Origin: the human T2T-CHM13v2.0 reference genome, Homo sapiens
Length of the DNA stretch: 64,000 bases
NCBI RefSeq assembly: GCF_009914755.1
Contig: NC_060936.1
Strand: one strand, 5' to 3'
In this document: piece after piece, positions 1 through 21,830 of the stretch
Numbering within the stretch: the first letter of the stretch is position 1
Layout of the letters: the number at the start of each line of letters is the position of its first letter
Program-made: the position numbers and the translations under genes
The notes under the pieces: generated by a model
What the model saw: only the letters and a program-made list of their open reading frames with translations
The model's database searches: none
What the model was told of the DNA's origin: nothing

Positions 1-37
1 TGCTGGGATTACAGGTGTAAGCCATCGCGTCCCACCA

Positions 38-1290
<1,253 letters not shown>

Positions 1291-1377
1291 CCCTGGTTTT
1301 TGTTTGTTTGTGTGTTTGTTGTGGATTTTCTTCCTCCGTTATAATTAGATGCTAAGAGGATGGGGACTCCTATCTGA

Positions 1378-1596
<219 letters not shown>

Positions 1597-2270
1597 TAAT
1601 GTTACACTTTGACGTCATTTCTTCAGAAACAGATATGTCATTTCTTACAAGTAATATATACCCTCAGAGTGTATATTTTTGTTAGTCATTTAAAAAGGTT
1701 CACAATAGTTAGAAAGATCTGCCAGGAACATTTCATTTGTTCCTCGTTCTGTCCTGCTGGGCTTTAGAGTGCTCTCTGTGACCTTGAGCCTGCTCCTCCA
1801 CAGTCCTGGATTCTCTGAGTTCCACCGACCCTTCTAGTTCCAGCTTCCGTGAACCTTTCCTTAAATGTTTGATAGTTAAATAATTCTTTTTTTTTTTTTT
1901 TTTTTTTTTTTGAGGCGGAGTTTTGTTCTTGTCACCCAGGCTGGAGTGCAATGGCATGATCTCGGCTCACTGCAACCTCCGCCTCCTGAGTTCAAGTGAT
2001 TCTCCTGCCTCAGCCCCCTGAGTAGCTGGGATTATAGTCACCCGCCACCACACCCAGCTAATTTTGTATTTTTAGTAGAGACGGGGTTTCTCCCTGTTGG
2101 TCAGGCTGGTCTCGAACTCCCGACCTCAGGTGATCCACTTGCCTTGGCCTCCCAAAGTGCTGGGATTATAGGTGTGAGCCACCGCGCCCGACCAGTTAAA
2201 AGAACTTTTTAGGGCACAGCATTTTCACTTTTTGCTTTCTTTCCTTTTTTTTTTTTTTTTTTTTTGATAA

Positions 2271-2697
<427 letters not shown>

Positions 2698-2745
2698 TAA
2701 TTGGAGACAGAGTCTTGCTCTGTCGCCCAGGCTGGAGTGCAATAG

Positions 2746-3081
<336 letters not shown>

Positions 3082-3654
3082 TGAACTCCTGACCTCGTGA
3101 TCTGCCTGCCTCAGCCTCCCAAAGTGCTGGGATTACAGGCGTGAGCCACCGCACCCGGCCTAATTTTTGTATTTTTAGTAGAGACAGGGTTTCGCCATGC
3201 TGGCCAGGCTGGTCTCGAACTCTTGACCTCAGGTGATCTGCCCACCTCGGCCTCCCCAAGTGCTGGGTGTCTCTTTCTGATGTGTTGTACTTCTCAAATT
3301 TATTCATTGGCTCATCAAATGTTAGTGGAGTTCCTACGCCGTAGTAGGGAACTAGATAGCGGGCCCCTGCCCTGGCGGAACTGACCCTCTGGTCTTTCAT
3401 CTCACAAACATTTTACCAAGTGCATGCTCCATGGCAAGCTATGAGCCAGGTGCTGGAGATATAGAAATGAAAGGAACAGATCTCATTCTGGGTACTGTGA
3501 TGGCATAGAGGAGGCAGCTAATGCTGACTTGGTGGGACCAGGGCAGGCTTCCTCAAGGAAGCAGTGACCGTGCCATGTTAGGGAGCTGGAGATAGGGAGG
3601 GCAGGGGCAGGGCACTTGGGGAAGGCCACGCAAGCAGAGAGAACCTCCCAGTAA

Positions 3655-3915
<261 letters not shown>

Positions 3916-4017
3916 TAATTATAACCCATAAAACTAAGTTGGACTTGTTTCTTATGTGCATTTATGATTTAATTAACGAGAGTACACTTTGTATGACAAA
4001 ATGCAATTTTAAGGTAA

Positions 4018-4266
<249 letters not shown>

Positions 4267-4334
4267 TGACTCTGACCTTTTTCTTTATTTTCTCTTTTTC
4301 TTTTTTTGAGACGGAGTCTTGCTCTGTTGCCTAG

Positions 4335-4469
<135 letters not shown>

Positions 4470-4669
4470 TAATCACACAACACAGGAAGTTTTATTCATC
4501 TGCTACTTCTCCAAAGAGAGGCTTGCAGGGTTGCTCACTTTAATATAATTTTTATATTTTTAGTAGAGATAGGCTGTTGTTCACCGTGTTGGCCAGGCTG
4601 GTCTTGAATTCCTGACCTCAAGTGATCCCCTGGCCTTAGCCTCCCAAAGTGTTGTGATTACAGGCATGA

Positions 4670-5057
<388 letters not shown>

Positions 5058-5077
5058 TAGTCTGTTGTACATAGTAA

Positions 5078-5383
<306 letters not shown>

Positions 5384-5938
5384 TGATTAGCCCTTTGGCA
5401 AATTGGTGTTAGAAGTATTACCATATTTTGAATCTAATCAAGCAATCAATTATTTTAAAGCCTAGTTGGTTTATTTAGCAGAGAGGTACATGCTGCTGAA
5501 TAACAGTGATGATGGTTTTTCCTGCTTCTACAGCTTTTTAAAAAGGAATGCTAACATTGTTTGCACCTGAAGTGCTGGTTGCTAGTAGAAAAGATTGAAA
5601 TATGAGATTGGCTTGAGAGTCCCATGTTATTGTTGCCTGTAGCCCAGGATGGTGCTAATTGGAGACATGAAAATAACTTCGTTCTGAACTGCAGGAAATC
5701 TGTGCTTCAGTGGTAATTACGCACACCTGCCAGAGGCAGTGTCACTTCTGAAGAAACCACCGCTCAGGATCTGAGAAGTCTGATAAAGGCACCTTTGTTC
5801 AGCTTTGAAAGGATTAGACTAACAGTGATCTCAGTTTTTGAAAACTGGCAACTTTATTTCTACTTACTGTTTTCTGTTTTTCACGGAAAACTGAAGTTAA
5901 TCTTTACTTTTGTTTAGCAAAAAGTAGCAAGAGGATAA

Positions 5939-6067
<129 letters not shown>

Positions 6068-6392
6068 TGAGTGTTTCATTGATGAATATATCGGCAATGT
6101 GAATGGTTTGCCTAGAATTAATTCACTACATGAATATCAAAGACAGCATGAATATGAAAAATTAGAGTCAATTAAAATGTGTAAAAGTGATAATAAATAC
6201 AGACATGTAATACAATTTAGAGTTGATTCAAACATCAATATGAGGGAAAATAAACTTTTTCTTGGGACTAAAGCCAGTTCATCCACATTTAAGCAAATTT
6301 CATCCACATTTAAACAAATGTCTCTGCCAAAGTTTGTTCAGCTCATTGGAACCTTTTTTGTTGTTGTTGTGTGGTTTTTTTTGTTGAGATGA

Positions 6393-6724
<332 letters not shown>

Positions 6725-6929
6725 TAACTTTTTTTTTTTTTTTTTTGAGACAGGGTCTCACTGTGTTTCCCAGGCTCGGGTGCAGTGGTGCAATCATGGC
6801 TTACTGCAGCCCCAACCTCCCCAGGCTCAGGTGGTCCTCCACCTGCCTTGGCTTCCTAAAGTGCTGGGATTACAGGCATGAGTCACTCTGCTGGCCTATG
6901 TTCTGTTTTTGTTTTTGTTTTTGTTTTGA

Positions 6930-7034
<105 letters not shown>

Positions 7035-7464
7035 TGAGTAGCTGGGATTACAGGCATGTGCCACCTCACCTGGCTAATTTTGTATTTTTAGTAGAGATGG
7101 GGTTTCTCCATGTTAGTCAGGCTGGTCTTGAACTCCTGACCTCAGGTGATCTGCCCTCCTCAGCCTCCTAAAGTGCTGGGATTACAGGTGTGAGCCACTG
7201 TGCCCAGCCTTGTTTTTTGTTTTTTTGTTTTTGTTTTTTTTTTTGACAGTAGCCATCCTAATAGATACTAAGTGGTATCTCATTGTGGTTTTGATTGCAT
7301 GCGTTCTTTTTGGCTTGTTTTTTGAGACAAGGTCTCACTCCATCACCCAGACTGGAGCGCAGTGGTGTGATCACGGCTCGTTGCAGCCTGACCCTCTTGA
7401 GCTCAGGTGATCCTCCCACTTCACCCTCCCGAGTATCTTGGAGTACAGGTGTGTGCCTGGCTGA

Positions 7465-7677
<213 letters not shown>

Positions 7678-8479
7678 TAACATTGAGAAGTTAAGGAAAA
7701 CTGGTATAAATTATTGGCAGCAGCTCCTGATTATAGGTTTTGAGGCCTGAGTCCATGGGCAGAGTCCCTCTCCTGCAGTTCATGAGATTTGTACCCTCCA
7801 GTGACAGTACTGGGAAGGAGGGAATGCTACGTTCCAACTCTTAGTCTTCACTTAATTTTATGACTCAAAATTCCAGCTAGATATATAGGTTACTTTTACT
7901 GTTGGATCACTCTGGCCCACGAATGTATCCTGCTAACTTGATGTGTGCTCTAACTACCTCCTAAGTTTGGTGACAGTCGGCAGAGTTTGTGAACCATGTG
8001 ATTCCCAACTTAAGTTACTAACATTTTTTTTTTTTTTTTGAGACAGGATCTTGCTCTGTCACCCAGGCTGGAGTGCAGTGGTACGATCTCAGCTCACTGT
8101 AGCCTTAACCCCACCAGGCTTATGCGCTCCTCCCACCTCAGCCTCCCAAGTAGTTGGAACTATAGGTGCATACCACCATGCCTGGCTAATTTTTGTATTT
8201 TTTGTAGAGGCAGGGTTTTGCCCTGTTGCCCAGGCTGGTCTTGAACTCCTGAGCTCAAGCAATCCTCCCACCTCAGCCTCCCAAAGGGTTGGGATTACAG
8301 GTGTGAGCCACTGCACCCGGCCAAGTTACTAACATTTTAAGTCTAAAGTAAAAGATTGCTTCTGTATGTTCTCCCCCAGGTGTGTGGGTCCATCCTGGGA
8401 AGGCCATCAGACACACCTAGTCCATGGGTGACACCCAGCCAGTTTTTAATGCCAGTTCCTCTGGCAGTTTTTAATTTAG

Positions 8480-8722
<243 letters not shown>

Positions 8723-8819
8723 TGACTACCAACTGTAGTCGCAGCATTAGAGCCCAACCCAGTAGGTCATCTTCCTGAGGCTTGACTGCGGCTTAACTGG
8801 ACGTTTGCCCAGGGGTTAG

Positions 8820-9111
<292 letters not shown>

Positions 9112-9319
9112 TAAGTGATCTGCCCACCCCAACCTCTTAAACCCCAACCATGTTGGGATTACAGGCATGAGCCATTGCGCCTGGCCAACAACAGTCTTTG
9201 TGAAAGAAAGTCTAGGCTGGGAGCAGTGGCTCACACTTATAATCCCAGCACTTTGGGAGGTCAATGCAAGAGGATTGCTTGAGGCCAGTTTTTTTGTTTG
9301 TTTGGTTGGTTTTTTTTGA

Positions 9320-9478
<159 letters not shown>

Positions 9479-9661
9479 TAAATAGAGACGGGGTTTCACC
9501 ATGTTGGCCAGGCTGGTCTCGAACTCCTGACCCCGTGATCCACCTGCCTCGGCCTCCCAAAGTGCTGGGATTATAGGCGTTAGCCACCGTGCCAGGCCGA
9601 GGCCAGGAGTTTAAGACCAGCCTGGGCAACATAGTGAGACCTTGTCTCTATGAAAAATTTA

Positions 9662-9814
<153 letters not shown>

Positions 9815-9984
9815 CTAAAAATAAAACAAAATAAAATAAAATACATTAAAACAAAGTCCAAGCAAGGTTTGAAGATTGTTAGTGCACTTCAGTTTGCATT
9901 GCTGTTTTTGATTGCCAGGAATACAGGCATTTGAGAATTGACTTTGTAATTTATAAAGGTAATTTTGTTAACTTAAAAGAAAAT

Positions 9985-10292
9985 AAAGTGATTGAAAATA
10001 TTGTGATAGAAGCCAGACACAAAAGACCACATATTGTATGACTCAATTTATATGCAATGTCCAGAATGGGCAATGTATAGAGACAGCAGATTAGTGGATG
10101 CCGGAGGTGGAGGAGTTGGGAGGAAATGGGGAGAGACTGCCGTGGGTAAAGGATTTCTTCGCAGAGTGATAAAATGTTCTAAAATAGAATCTGCTGATAG
10201 TCACAGCTTTGTGACTATACCAGAAACCATCGAATTGCACACTTTAAGTAGGTGGATTGTATAGTATGTGAATTATATCTCAATAAAGCTGT
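9985..10292 (+). mobile_element. L1MB-type LINE 3' end
   Basis: gaagccagacacaaaagaccacatattgtatga ... tgtgaattatatctcaataaagctgt. Confidence 0.8.
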
Positions 10293-10324
10293 CAGGAAAG
10301 AAAGTAATTAAGGTGCAACAGATC

Positions 10325-10685
<361 letters not shown>

Positions 10686-12113
10686 TCAGTGCCTCTGGCC
10701 AAAGGTATTTGCAGTGTTGAATTGGCAAGTAGCTCGTACACAAAGGGAAGAAGATATACCACATGTACATGGAATAAAGGTAAACCAGACTTTAAAGCTT
10801 CTTCATCAGGCCTGATTTCACCTCTGAATCCAAAATATCCTTTGAGTCATGGAGATCCAGCTCATCGGGTTATGTTGGAGAGGCCTAAGGTCACAGTGAG
10901 TTTTGGCAGAGCTAGAATGAAAACCTGGGGTTCCAACCTCTTTCCTCTGTTCCCTGGTAGCAAGTTAGGTAACTTCCCGGTTTCTTGGGGAGCCTTGAGT
11001 CTGTAAATACTTTGAATGGAAAGCTTTTTTTATTGAGCTAATTAATGGAATTGCCTTTTGGGACCAGAAAGAGCCCAATGAGTGTGCGCATCTGCTTTGC
11101 CCCTGCCCAGCTCTCCCTGCAGATGCTGCTCTGCCCCTCTCCTCTGCCTGGTGGGTAGGGATCAGCCCTCTGGATCCTGTCCCTACCCTTTCCATCTCCT
11201 CTGAGGTCAGCTAGGCTCAGTAGGCTGGAATTCACACAACGGCCCATACAGACACACACCTGTATTGTGCCTACTCCTTGTGATTGGGGTCATGGTGATG
11301 AGGACCCTCCCTTCCCCCTCTTGGTCATGGATAATGTGATATGTCTGTGAGCTTGAGGTGCCCCAGACCACTCTCTGACTTGGGGAGGGAGTCCTGTTGG
11401 ACTCCACCCCCACGGGGCACTCAGGCTGCTGTTTGCTCATCTAGCTGGTGCTCAAGGCACTGGGCCCAGACCTAGATCCTCATTTGCAAACGGAACCCAG
11501 AGGTCGAGCTTGTCAAGCCCTGGGCTCTGCCACCCAGGCCAGCTAGATAGGCTGTGGAATGACCCTGAGGGCTGGAGAAAAGTCAGCAGTTGGGAAATAA
11601 ACGGTAGGGAAAATGTCCAGACGGAGAACCCAGGTTGATGAGGTACGAAATCAGTGTGGTGATGACATTTTGTTGCCTTCAAGGTGGAAGGGGTTAGCTT
11701 TTATTTCATGTCTGAGCCAAAAAGCAACCTTGATCCTGGTTAATAAGCAGAAGAGAAGTGGTGTTGACACATGTATAAGGAAATTAGACATAAAACAGTG
11801 TTACTGACCTTCGGAATCCCTGAAGGAGCAAAGAACCCCCTTCAGAGGAGCCATAGAACCTACCCTACTTCCTCCAATTGACCTTGCTGGGTTTTCTCCA
11901 AGACGAATGCAAATTCATTTCTCATTCAATTTCATTCTCTTCCAATTGTATTAATACTATGGTAACACATTAGGAAATTACTTACCTATCTAATACATAC
12001 TAATTAAAGTCGTTAGTGTGGATTTTGTTTTATTATTATTTTTTTTTCAATTATTATCATTATTTTTTTTTTGAGATGGAGTCTCACTTTGTTGCTGGAG
12101 TGCAGTGGCATGA

Positions 12114-12368
<255 letters not shown>

Positions 12369-12851
12369 TGAGATGAGGTTCTCACTTTTGTCCAGGCTGG
12401 AATGTAGTGGTGCCATGCCATCACGGCTTACTGCAGCCTTGACTTCCCAGGCTGAAGCAATCCTCTCACCTCAGCCTTCTGGGTAGCTGGTGTGTGCTAC
12501 AGGTGTGTGCCACCATGACTGGCTATTTTATTTTTCTCGAGGAGACAGGGTTTTGCTATGTTGCCCAGGCTGGTCTCAAACTCCTGGGCTCAAGCAGTGC
12601 TTCTACCTTGACCTCCCAAAGTGCTAGGATTATAGGCATGAGCCACTGTGCCTGGCCTAAAGTTGTTAGTATGGATTTTAAATGTCTTACACAGCTTTTA
12701 CTAGAACTGTGACTGCATGGAATAACGATGGCATTTCACTGCAATTATATATGTTTCTGTTAAAAGGCTGGGTAGATTTCAGTGGGAGCTTGGAAACTGA
12801 ATCATGATTTATGGCTTTAATATGTGGGTCAGGGCTTTTAAGTTCCAGTGA

Positions 12852-13109
<258 letters not shown>

Positions 13110-13383
13110 TGATCTGCCCGCCTCAGCCTCCCAAAGTGCTGGGATTACGGCGTTAGCCACCGCACCCGGCCCATACAAGGAAACATTTTAAACACAATTT
13201 TTATTAGTGCCATCCTATGCCTTGTAGACTTTAAGGGATAACACAGTTATGGAGTGACAAGTAACTAGAGCCTGTAAGAGACTAAAGCCTCATTAATGTG
13301 ATGCCTGCCTGATATTATTCCCCATTTTGGTTATTACGACATTGTAGGAAAACTTATCAAATTATTCTTTGAAAAGTGTATAA

Positions 13384-13638
<255 letters not shown>

Positions 13639-13874
13639 TAGAAACTGATTGTTTATTTACAACTTGCAATTATTAGCAAGATGTTTATATGCACATATGG
13701 AATATGTACGAACTATGTGTATAATGGAGACTTATTCTCACAAGTATTTATAAAGCCATATGTAAGAGAGTCTGCAAGTTATTTTAGGGAGTACAAAGAT
13801 GAATAAAGGGCCCCTTAGTACTAAGTATATTTTGAAATCCATGGATGTAACTGATAATCTGATCAGAGAATATT

Positions 13875-14265
<391 letters not shown>

Positions 14266-14334
14266 TGATCCGCCCGCCTCGGCCTCCCAAAGTGCTGGGA
14301 TTACAGGCATGAGCCACCGCGCCCAGCCTGCCTC

Positions 14335-15130
<796 letters not shown>

Positions 15131-15579
15131 GAGTGCAGTTACCACCTCCGCAGTACTCTTCTGAGGATAACATGAGATGGTGTGTTGCAAGCAAGTTATC
15201 TCTGTGCCTCGAACGTGGAAAGCCCTCAATAAGTGGCTAGCTGCTGCTTTTATTATTATATTGTTTGAGAAAAACAGGTGATGAACAAAGGTACCTTTGA
15301 TAGCACCTGTATACAATGCACTGGCTGGAGAGGAGTGAGACTGACAACAAGACTGGCAGATGTTGCTGGGCGACAGGCCCATGAGGGGTTATTAGGAGTT
15401 TCTCTTCTCTTTGGATCTGTCTGTGGAAATGGTCAAAGACCATGGACAAATACTGAGAAAAAACAGCCCAGGTAGAATGCGAAACTTCTTAGGAGAACCT
15501 CAGGTTATATTGTGATTGCATCCGTTACCTGCTGTTCTTGGTGGAATAGAACTGAATGGTGGCTATGCTGACCATGTGA

Positions 15580-15741
<162 letters not shown>

Positions 15742-15832
15742 TGACATTAGGAAGCAGAAAAATATATATTTGAAAATTGGAAGTTTATTCCTTTAATCAA
15801 GTTCTGATACTTCTCACTTGTAGTTTTTGTAA

Positions 15833-15985
<153 letters not shown>

Positions 15986-16471
15986 TAAAAAAATTTTTTA
16001 AATGATGTCTAAATGTTACAGAAAGCATAAAACATATAGAAACTTAAAAAAAAGTACGGATAATATTGCCACTTGGAAGTGATCACCATTACTGTTTTGG
16101 CTTAGTTTATTTCTACCTACACTGTTTTTTTTTTTAGAGAGTCTTGCTCTGACACCCTGGCTGGAGTGCAGTGGCACAATCTCAGCTCACTGCAACCATT
16201 GCCTCCTGGGTTCAGACAACTCTCGTGCCTCAGCCTTTGGAGTAGCTGGGATTACAGCACCAATATGCCTGGCTATTTTTGTATTTTTAGTAGAGACGGG
16301 GTTTCACTGTGCTGGCCAGGCTGGTCTCGAACTGGCCTCAAGTGATCCGCCCTCCTTGGCCTCCCAAAGTGTTAGGATTACAGGAGTGAGCCACCACACC
16401 CAGCCTATACCTACACTGTTATCAAAAGAGTTAAGAAATACTGCTGTTGAATTTTGTCCATTGTTTTTCAG

Positions 16472-16581
16472 GGGAGCTGCATTCTCAGTGTGTTGCTAAG
16501 GGCTTACTGTTGCTGTTGTTCCTCACATTGGCCTTGTTCCTCAGCAACCCCTGGACCAGAATATGCAAAGCCTATAGTTAG
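16472..16581 (+). CDS. TCTN2: TCTN2 exon 18 coding part (C-terminal hydrophobic segment; stop TAG at 16579-16581)
   Basis: ttcag|GGGAG; translates [35 protein letters not shown]. Confidence 0.95.
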
Positions 16582-16597
16582 ACAACCACCTGGCTTT

Positions 16598-17160
16598 TAT
16601 TTTTTTGAGATGGAGTTTTGCTCTTGTTGCCCAGGCTGAAGTGATCTCGGCTCACCACAACCTCCTCCTCTTGGGTTCAAGCGATTCTCCTGCCTCAGCC
16701 TCCGGAGAACTGGGATTACAGGCATGCACCACCACGCCCGGCTAATTTTGTATTTTTAGTAGAGACAGGGTTCCACCGTATTGGCCAGGCTGCTCTCGAA
16801 CTCCTGACCTCATGATCCGCCCATCTTGGCCTCCCAAAGTGCTGAGATTACAGGCATGAGCCACCGCACCCGGCCTTTTTTTTTTTTTTTTTTTTTTTGA
16901 GGCGGGGTCTCTGTCACCCAGGCTGGAGTGCAGTGCACAATCTCGGCTCACTGCAATCTCTGCCTCCCAAGCAATCCTCCCACCTCAGCCTCTGGTGTAG
17001 CTGGGACCACAGATGCTCCACCATGCCTGGCTGTATTTTTGGTAAAGACGGGGTTTCGCCTTGTTGCCCAGGGTGGTCTGTAACTCCTGAGCTCAGATGA
17101 TCTGCCCACCTCGGCCTCCCAAAGTGCTGGGATCACAGACGTGAGCCACTGCGTCCGGTC
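16598..17160 (-). mobile_element. Two tandem antisense Alus making up most of the TCTN2 3'UTR
   Basis: Alu consensus on the minus strand with T-tracts at ~16598 and ~16876. Confidence 0.9.
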
Positions 17161-17236
17161 CATCTGACTTCTCAAAGACTTTAGACCTTGACTTCAGTGA
17201 TTTGTTGTAGTCTTGTATGCTTCTCTATAAAATTTT

Positions 17237-17242
17237 AATAAA
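17237..17242 (+). terminator. TCTN2: TCTN2 polyadenylation signal AATAAA
   Basis: First AATAAA I see after the stop codon, just past two 3'UTR Alus and followed by U-rich sequence. Confidence 0.75.
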
Positions 17243-17845
17243 TGAAATGTCTTATTTTTGTAGAAAATTTTTATTAAGTGCCCTGTGACTTTAATTCATA
17301 TATGTAGCTATCCAATGCAGAATGAATATTCTCATCGCTGGCCTGGACTGAGTAAAATGCATGAGAAGAACTCAAAAATGTTAGAAATTTTAGCTTATCA
17401 CAAATTAGTTAAAGTCATAGGAGTTTTATTTATACCAGAGAGAATCAGTCTTTTCTTTAGTTTTTAATACATTCGTGTTGATTGATGTTTCCCATATTCC
17501 GTAGAAAGGATTAAGAAATCCTTAAAAATGCATGTAATACAAAAACACAAAATCACTGATGGGGAAAGATATGGGGGCTGCGGGAGGAAAATAATAAGAG
17601 AAAAGTAAAACAAAACCAGGGGCACATGTAAGCCCTAAAATACATGCCAGAGGTTGCCTTTAGCAGAAGCAGGCCCCTAATTCATTATTTATTTATTTGT
17701 TTTTTGGAGACAGGTTCTCCCTCTGTTGCCCAGGCTGGAGTGCAGTGGCACGATTATAGCTCACTGTAAACTCAGACACCTGGGATCAAGCGATTCTCCC
17801 CCAAGTAGCTGGGACTACAGGTGGCACACAGCTACCACGCCTGGC

Positions 17846-17881
<36 letters not shown>

Positions 17882-18787
17882 TAGATGGGGGTCTCGCTAT
17901 GTTGCCCAGCCTGGTCTCAAACTCCTGGCTTTAGCGATCCTACCACCTAAGCCTCCCAAAGTGCTGGGATTACCAGCAGGAGCCACTATGCCCAACCAAG
18001 ACCCCAGTTTACAAAAACCCAAGTATGATTAGCTATAGGAATTATGAAATCTATTCATTAATACAGGAATTATGAAATCTATTCATTAAAAATTAACTGG
18101 TTATCAATGAAGGACAGTTTTTCCTAGCTGAGTCTTGACAAATTTCTCCCATGGGCCGTCACATGGGAACAGTCAACCCCACTCAGTGGGGAGAATGGAT
18201 TTTTTTTTTTTTTTTTTTTTTGAGACTCGGTCTTACTCTGTTACCCAGGCTGGAGAGCTGGAGAGCAGTGGCACAATTACGGCTCACTGCAGCCTCGACC
18301 TCCTGAGCTCAAGTGATCCTCCCACCTTAGCCTCCCAAGTAGCTGGGACCACAGGCTTGTACCTGGCTAGTTTTTGTATTTTTTTTTTTTGTAGAGAAGG
18401 GGGTCTCCCTATGTTACCCAGGCTGGTCTCGAACTCTTAGGCTCAAGTGATCTACCTGCCTTAGCCTCCCAAAGTGCTGGGATTATAGGTATGAGCTGCT
18501 GTGCCCAGCCCTGGAATAGATGTTTTTAGCCACGGTCCTACAGTGGCCACATGGCACATCACCTGTAAGTTTTCTTTGTGTGCCAGGTAACTTAGTTGTT
18601 TCAGATGGATTTTCTATGTTATTTAAGCCTAATTTTGAAAAATAATTATTTTCCCTTTTATACTTTTTGATCGAATTCCTAGTGCCTGCTGATACCCAGC
18701 ACCACATAAAATGTGCTGTTTCATCTTCGCTGCAGAGTTCCTGCCCAGGGGCAATTTCAAATTTTCCTCCAGTCTTAAGTCCATTTT

Positions 18788-19088
18788 CTTTTTTCTTTTT
18801 TTTTTTGAGACGGAGTCTTGCTCTATTGCCCAGGCTGGAGAGCAGTGGCGTGATCTTTGCTCACTGCAAGCTCCGCCTCCCGAGTTCACGCCATTCTCCT
18901 GCCTCAGCCTCCTGAGTAGCTGGGACTACAGGCACCCACCACCATGCCCAGCTAATTTTTCGTATTTTTAGTAGAGACGGAGTTTCACTGTGTTAGCCAG
19001 GATGGTCTCGATCTCCTGACCTCGTGATCCACCCGCCTCGGCCTCCCAAAGTGCTGGGATTACAGGCATGAGCCACTGCGCCCGGCCT
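18788..19088 (-). mobile_element. AluY, intergenic
   Basis: gcaagctccgcctcc, ttcacgccattctcc and gttagccaggatggtctcgatctcc diagnostics. Confidence 0.9.
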
Positions 19089-19295
19089 GAGTCCACTTTC
19101 AAATAGGGGGATGAGCTAGTCACTGCAGAGGTCCTAAGTTTCTGCATGATGGAAATACCGTGAATTTCAGCATCTGTACTGTGGTGGTGTTGGGCCTTCA
19201 CCCGACCCCTCTAGGGCTGACTCAGGAATCTGGGTCAGTACTGGACTGACGGAGCTGGGGTCTGAGTCAATTATTGTCTGAACTTCAGCCTTTGA

Positions 19296-19487
<192 letters not shown>

Positions 19488-20327
19488 TAGCTAATTTTTA
19501 TATTTTTTTAGTAGAGACGGGGTTTTGCCATGTTGGCCAGGCTGGTCTCAAACTCCTGACCTCAAGTGATCCACCTGCCTCAGCCTCCCAAAGTGCAGGG
19601 ATTACAGGAGTGAGCCAGGGCACCCAGCCTAGTGTAACTAGCTTTGGATTTCAGGTATTTATGGAAAATAAATTTAAAACTTCCAAATGACAGGTAATTT
19701 AGCTTGATTTTGTGGGCTTTGTGAGGACGCCTTTTGTACTTAAAAGAAGGAAAAAACTCAGTTTGGCAGAATGGGGTCTGGAGTGTCTATGGTTTTAACT
19801 TTTTTAAGTTTATACATTTATGTATGCATTCATGAACTATTTATTGAGTGGCTACTATGTGCTGGGGCTTGGAGATACCACAGTGGCAGAAACAATGTCC
19901 CCACCTTGGTGGAGCTTCCATTCTAGCAGGGAAGACTGGCACTAACACACAGACAAGATAATTTCAGATGGTGGCAGGTGCAGTGAAGGAAATAGAACAA
20001 GGATGTGACTCCAGGGACAGTCTCAAGGAAGGGGATATGTAAGCAGAGACTCGACTGGGACAGCGGTGAGGTTGCGGCCTGGGGCGGGGGGCCACTGCTT
20101 CCCGGTCAGTGTGGGGAACACACACTGGGTGCTGTGTGATTCCATCGACAGGACAAGCCTGGAGGTGGCAAATTTAGCGAGACAAAATTGTCCTGTGGTG
20201 GCCAGGCCGGGCGGGAAGGGGAGACTGCAACTGAGCAGGAGGAGTCTTGCGAGGTCGGTGGGAAATGTTTGAAAACTGGATTGGGATGCTGGCTGCACAC
20301 TCCAACTTCACGAAGAAGCCTAGGATC

Positions 20328-21830
<1,503 letters not shown>

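Noticed and set aside
5695-5712. Possible 18-nt microexon (ctgcag|GAAATC...CAGTG|gtaatt) in TCTN2 intron 12
   Set aside because: Weak pyrimidine tract and donor; expected by chance
16598-17160. Inverted-repeat Alu hairpin in the TCTN2 3'UTR
   Set aside because: Both Alus have the same orientation, so no intramolecular duplex forms
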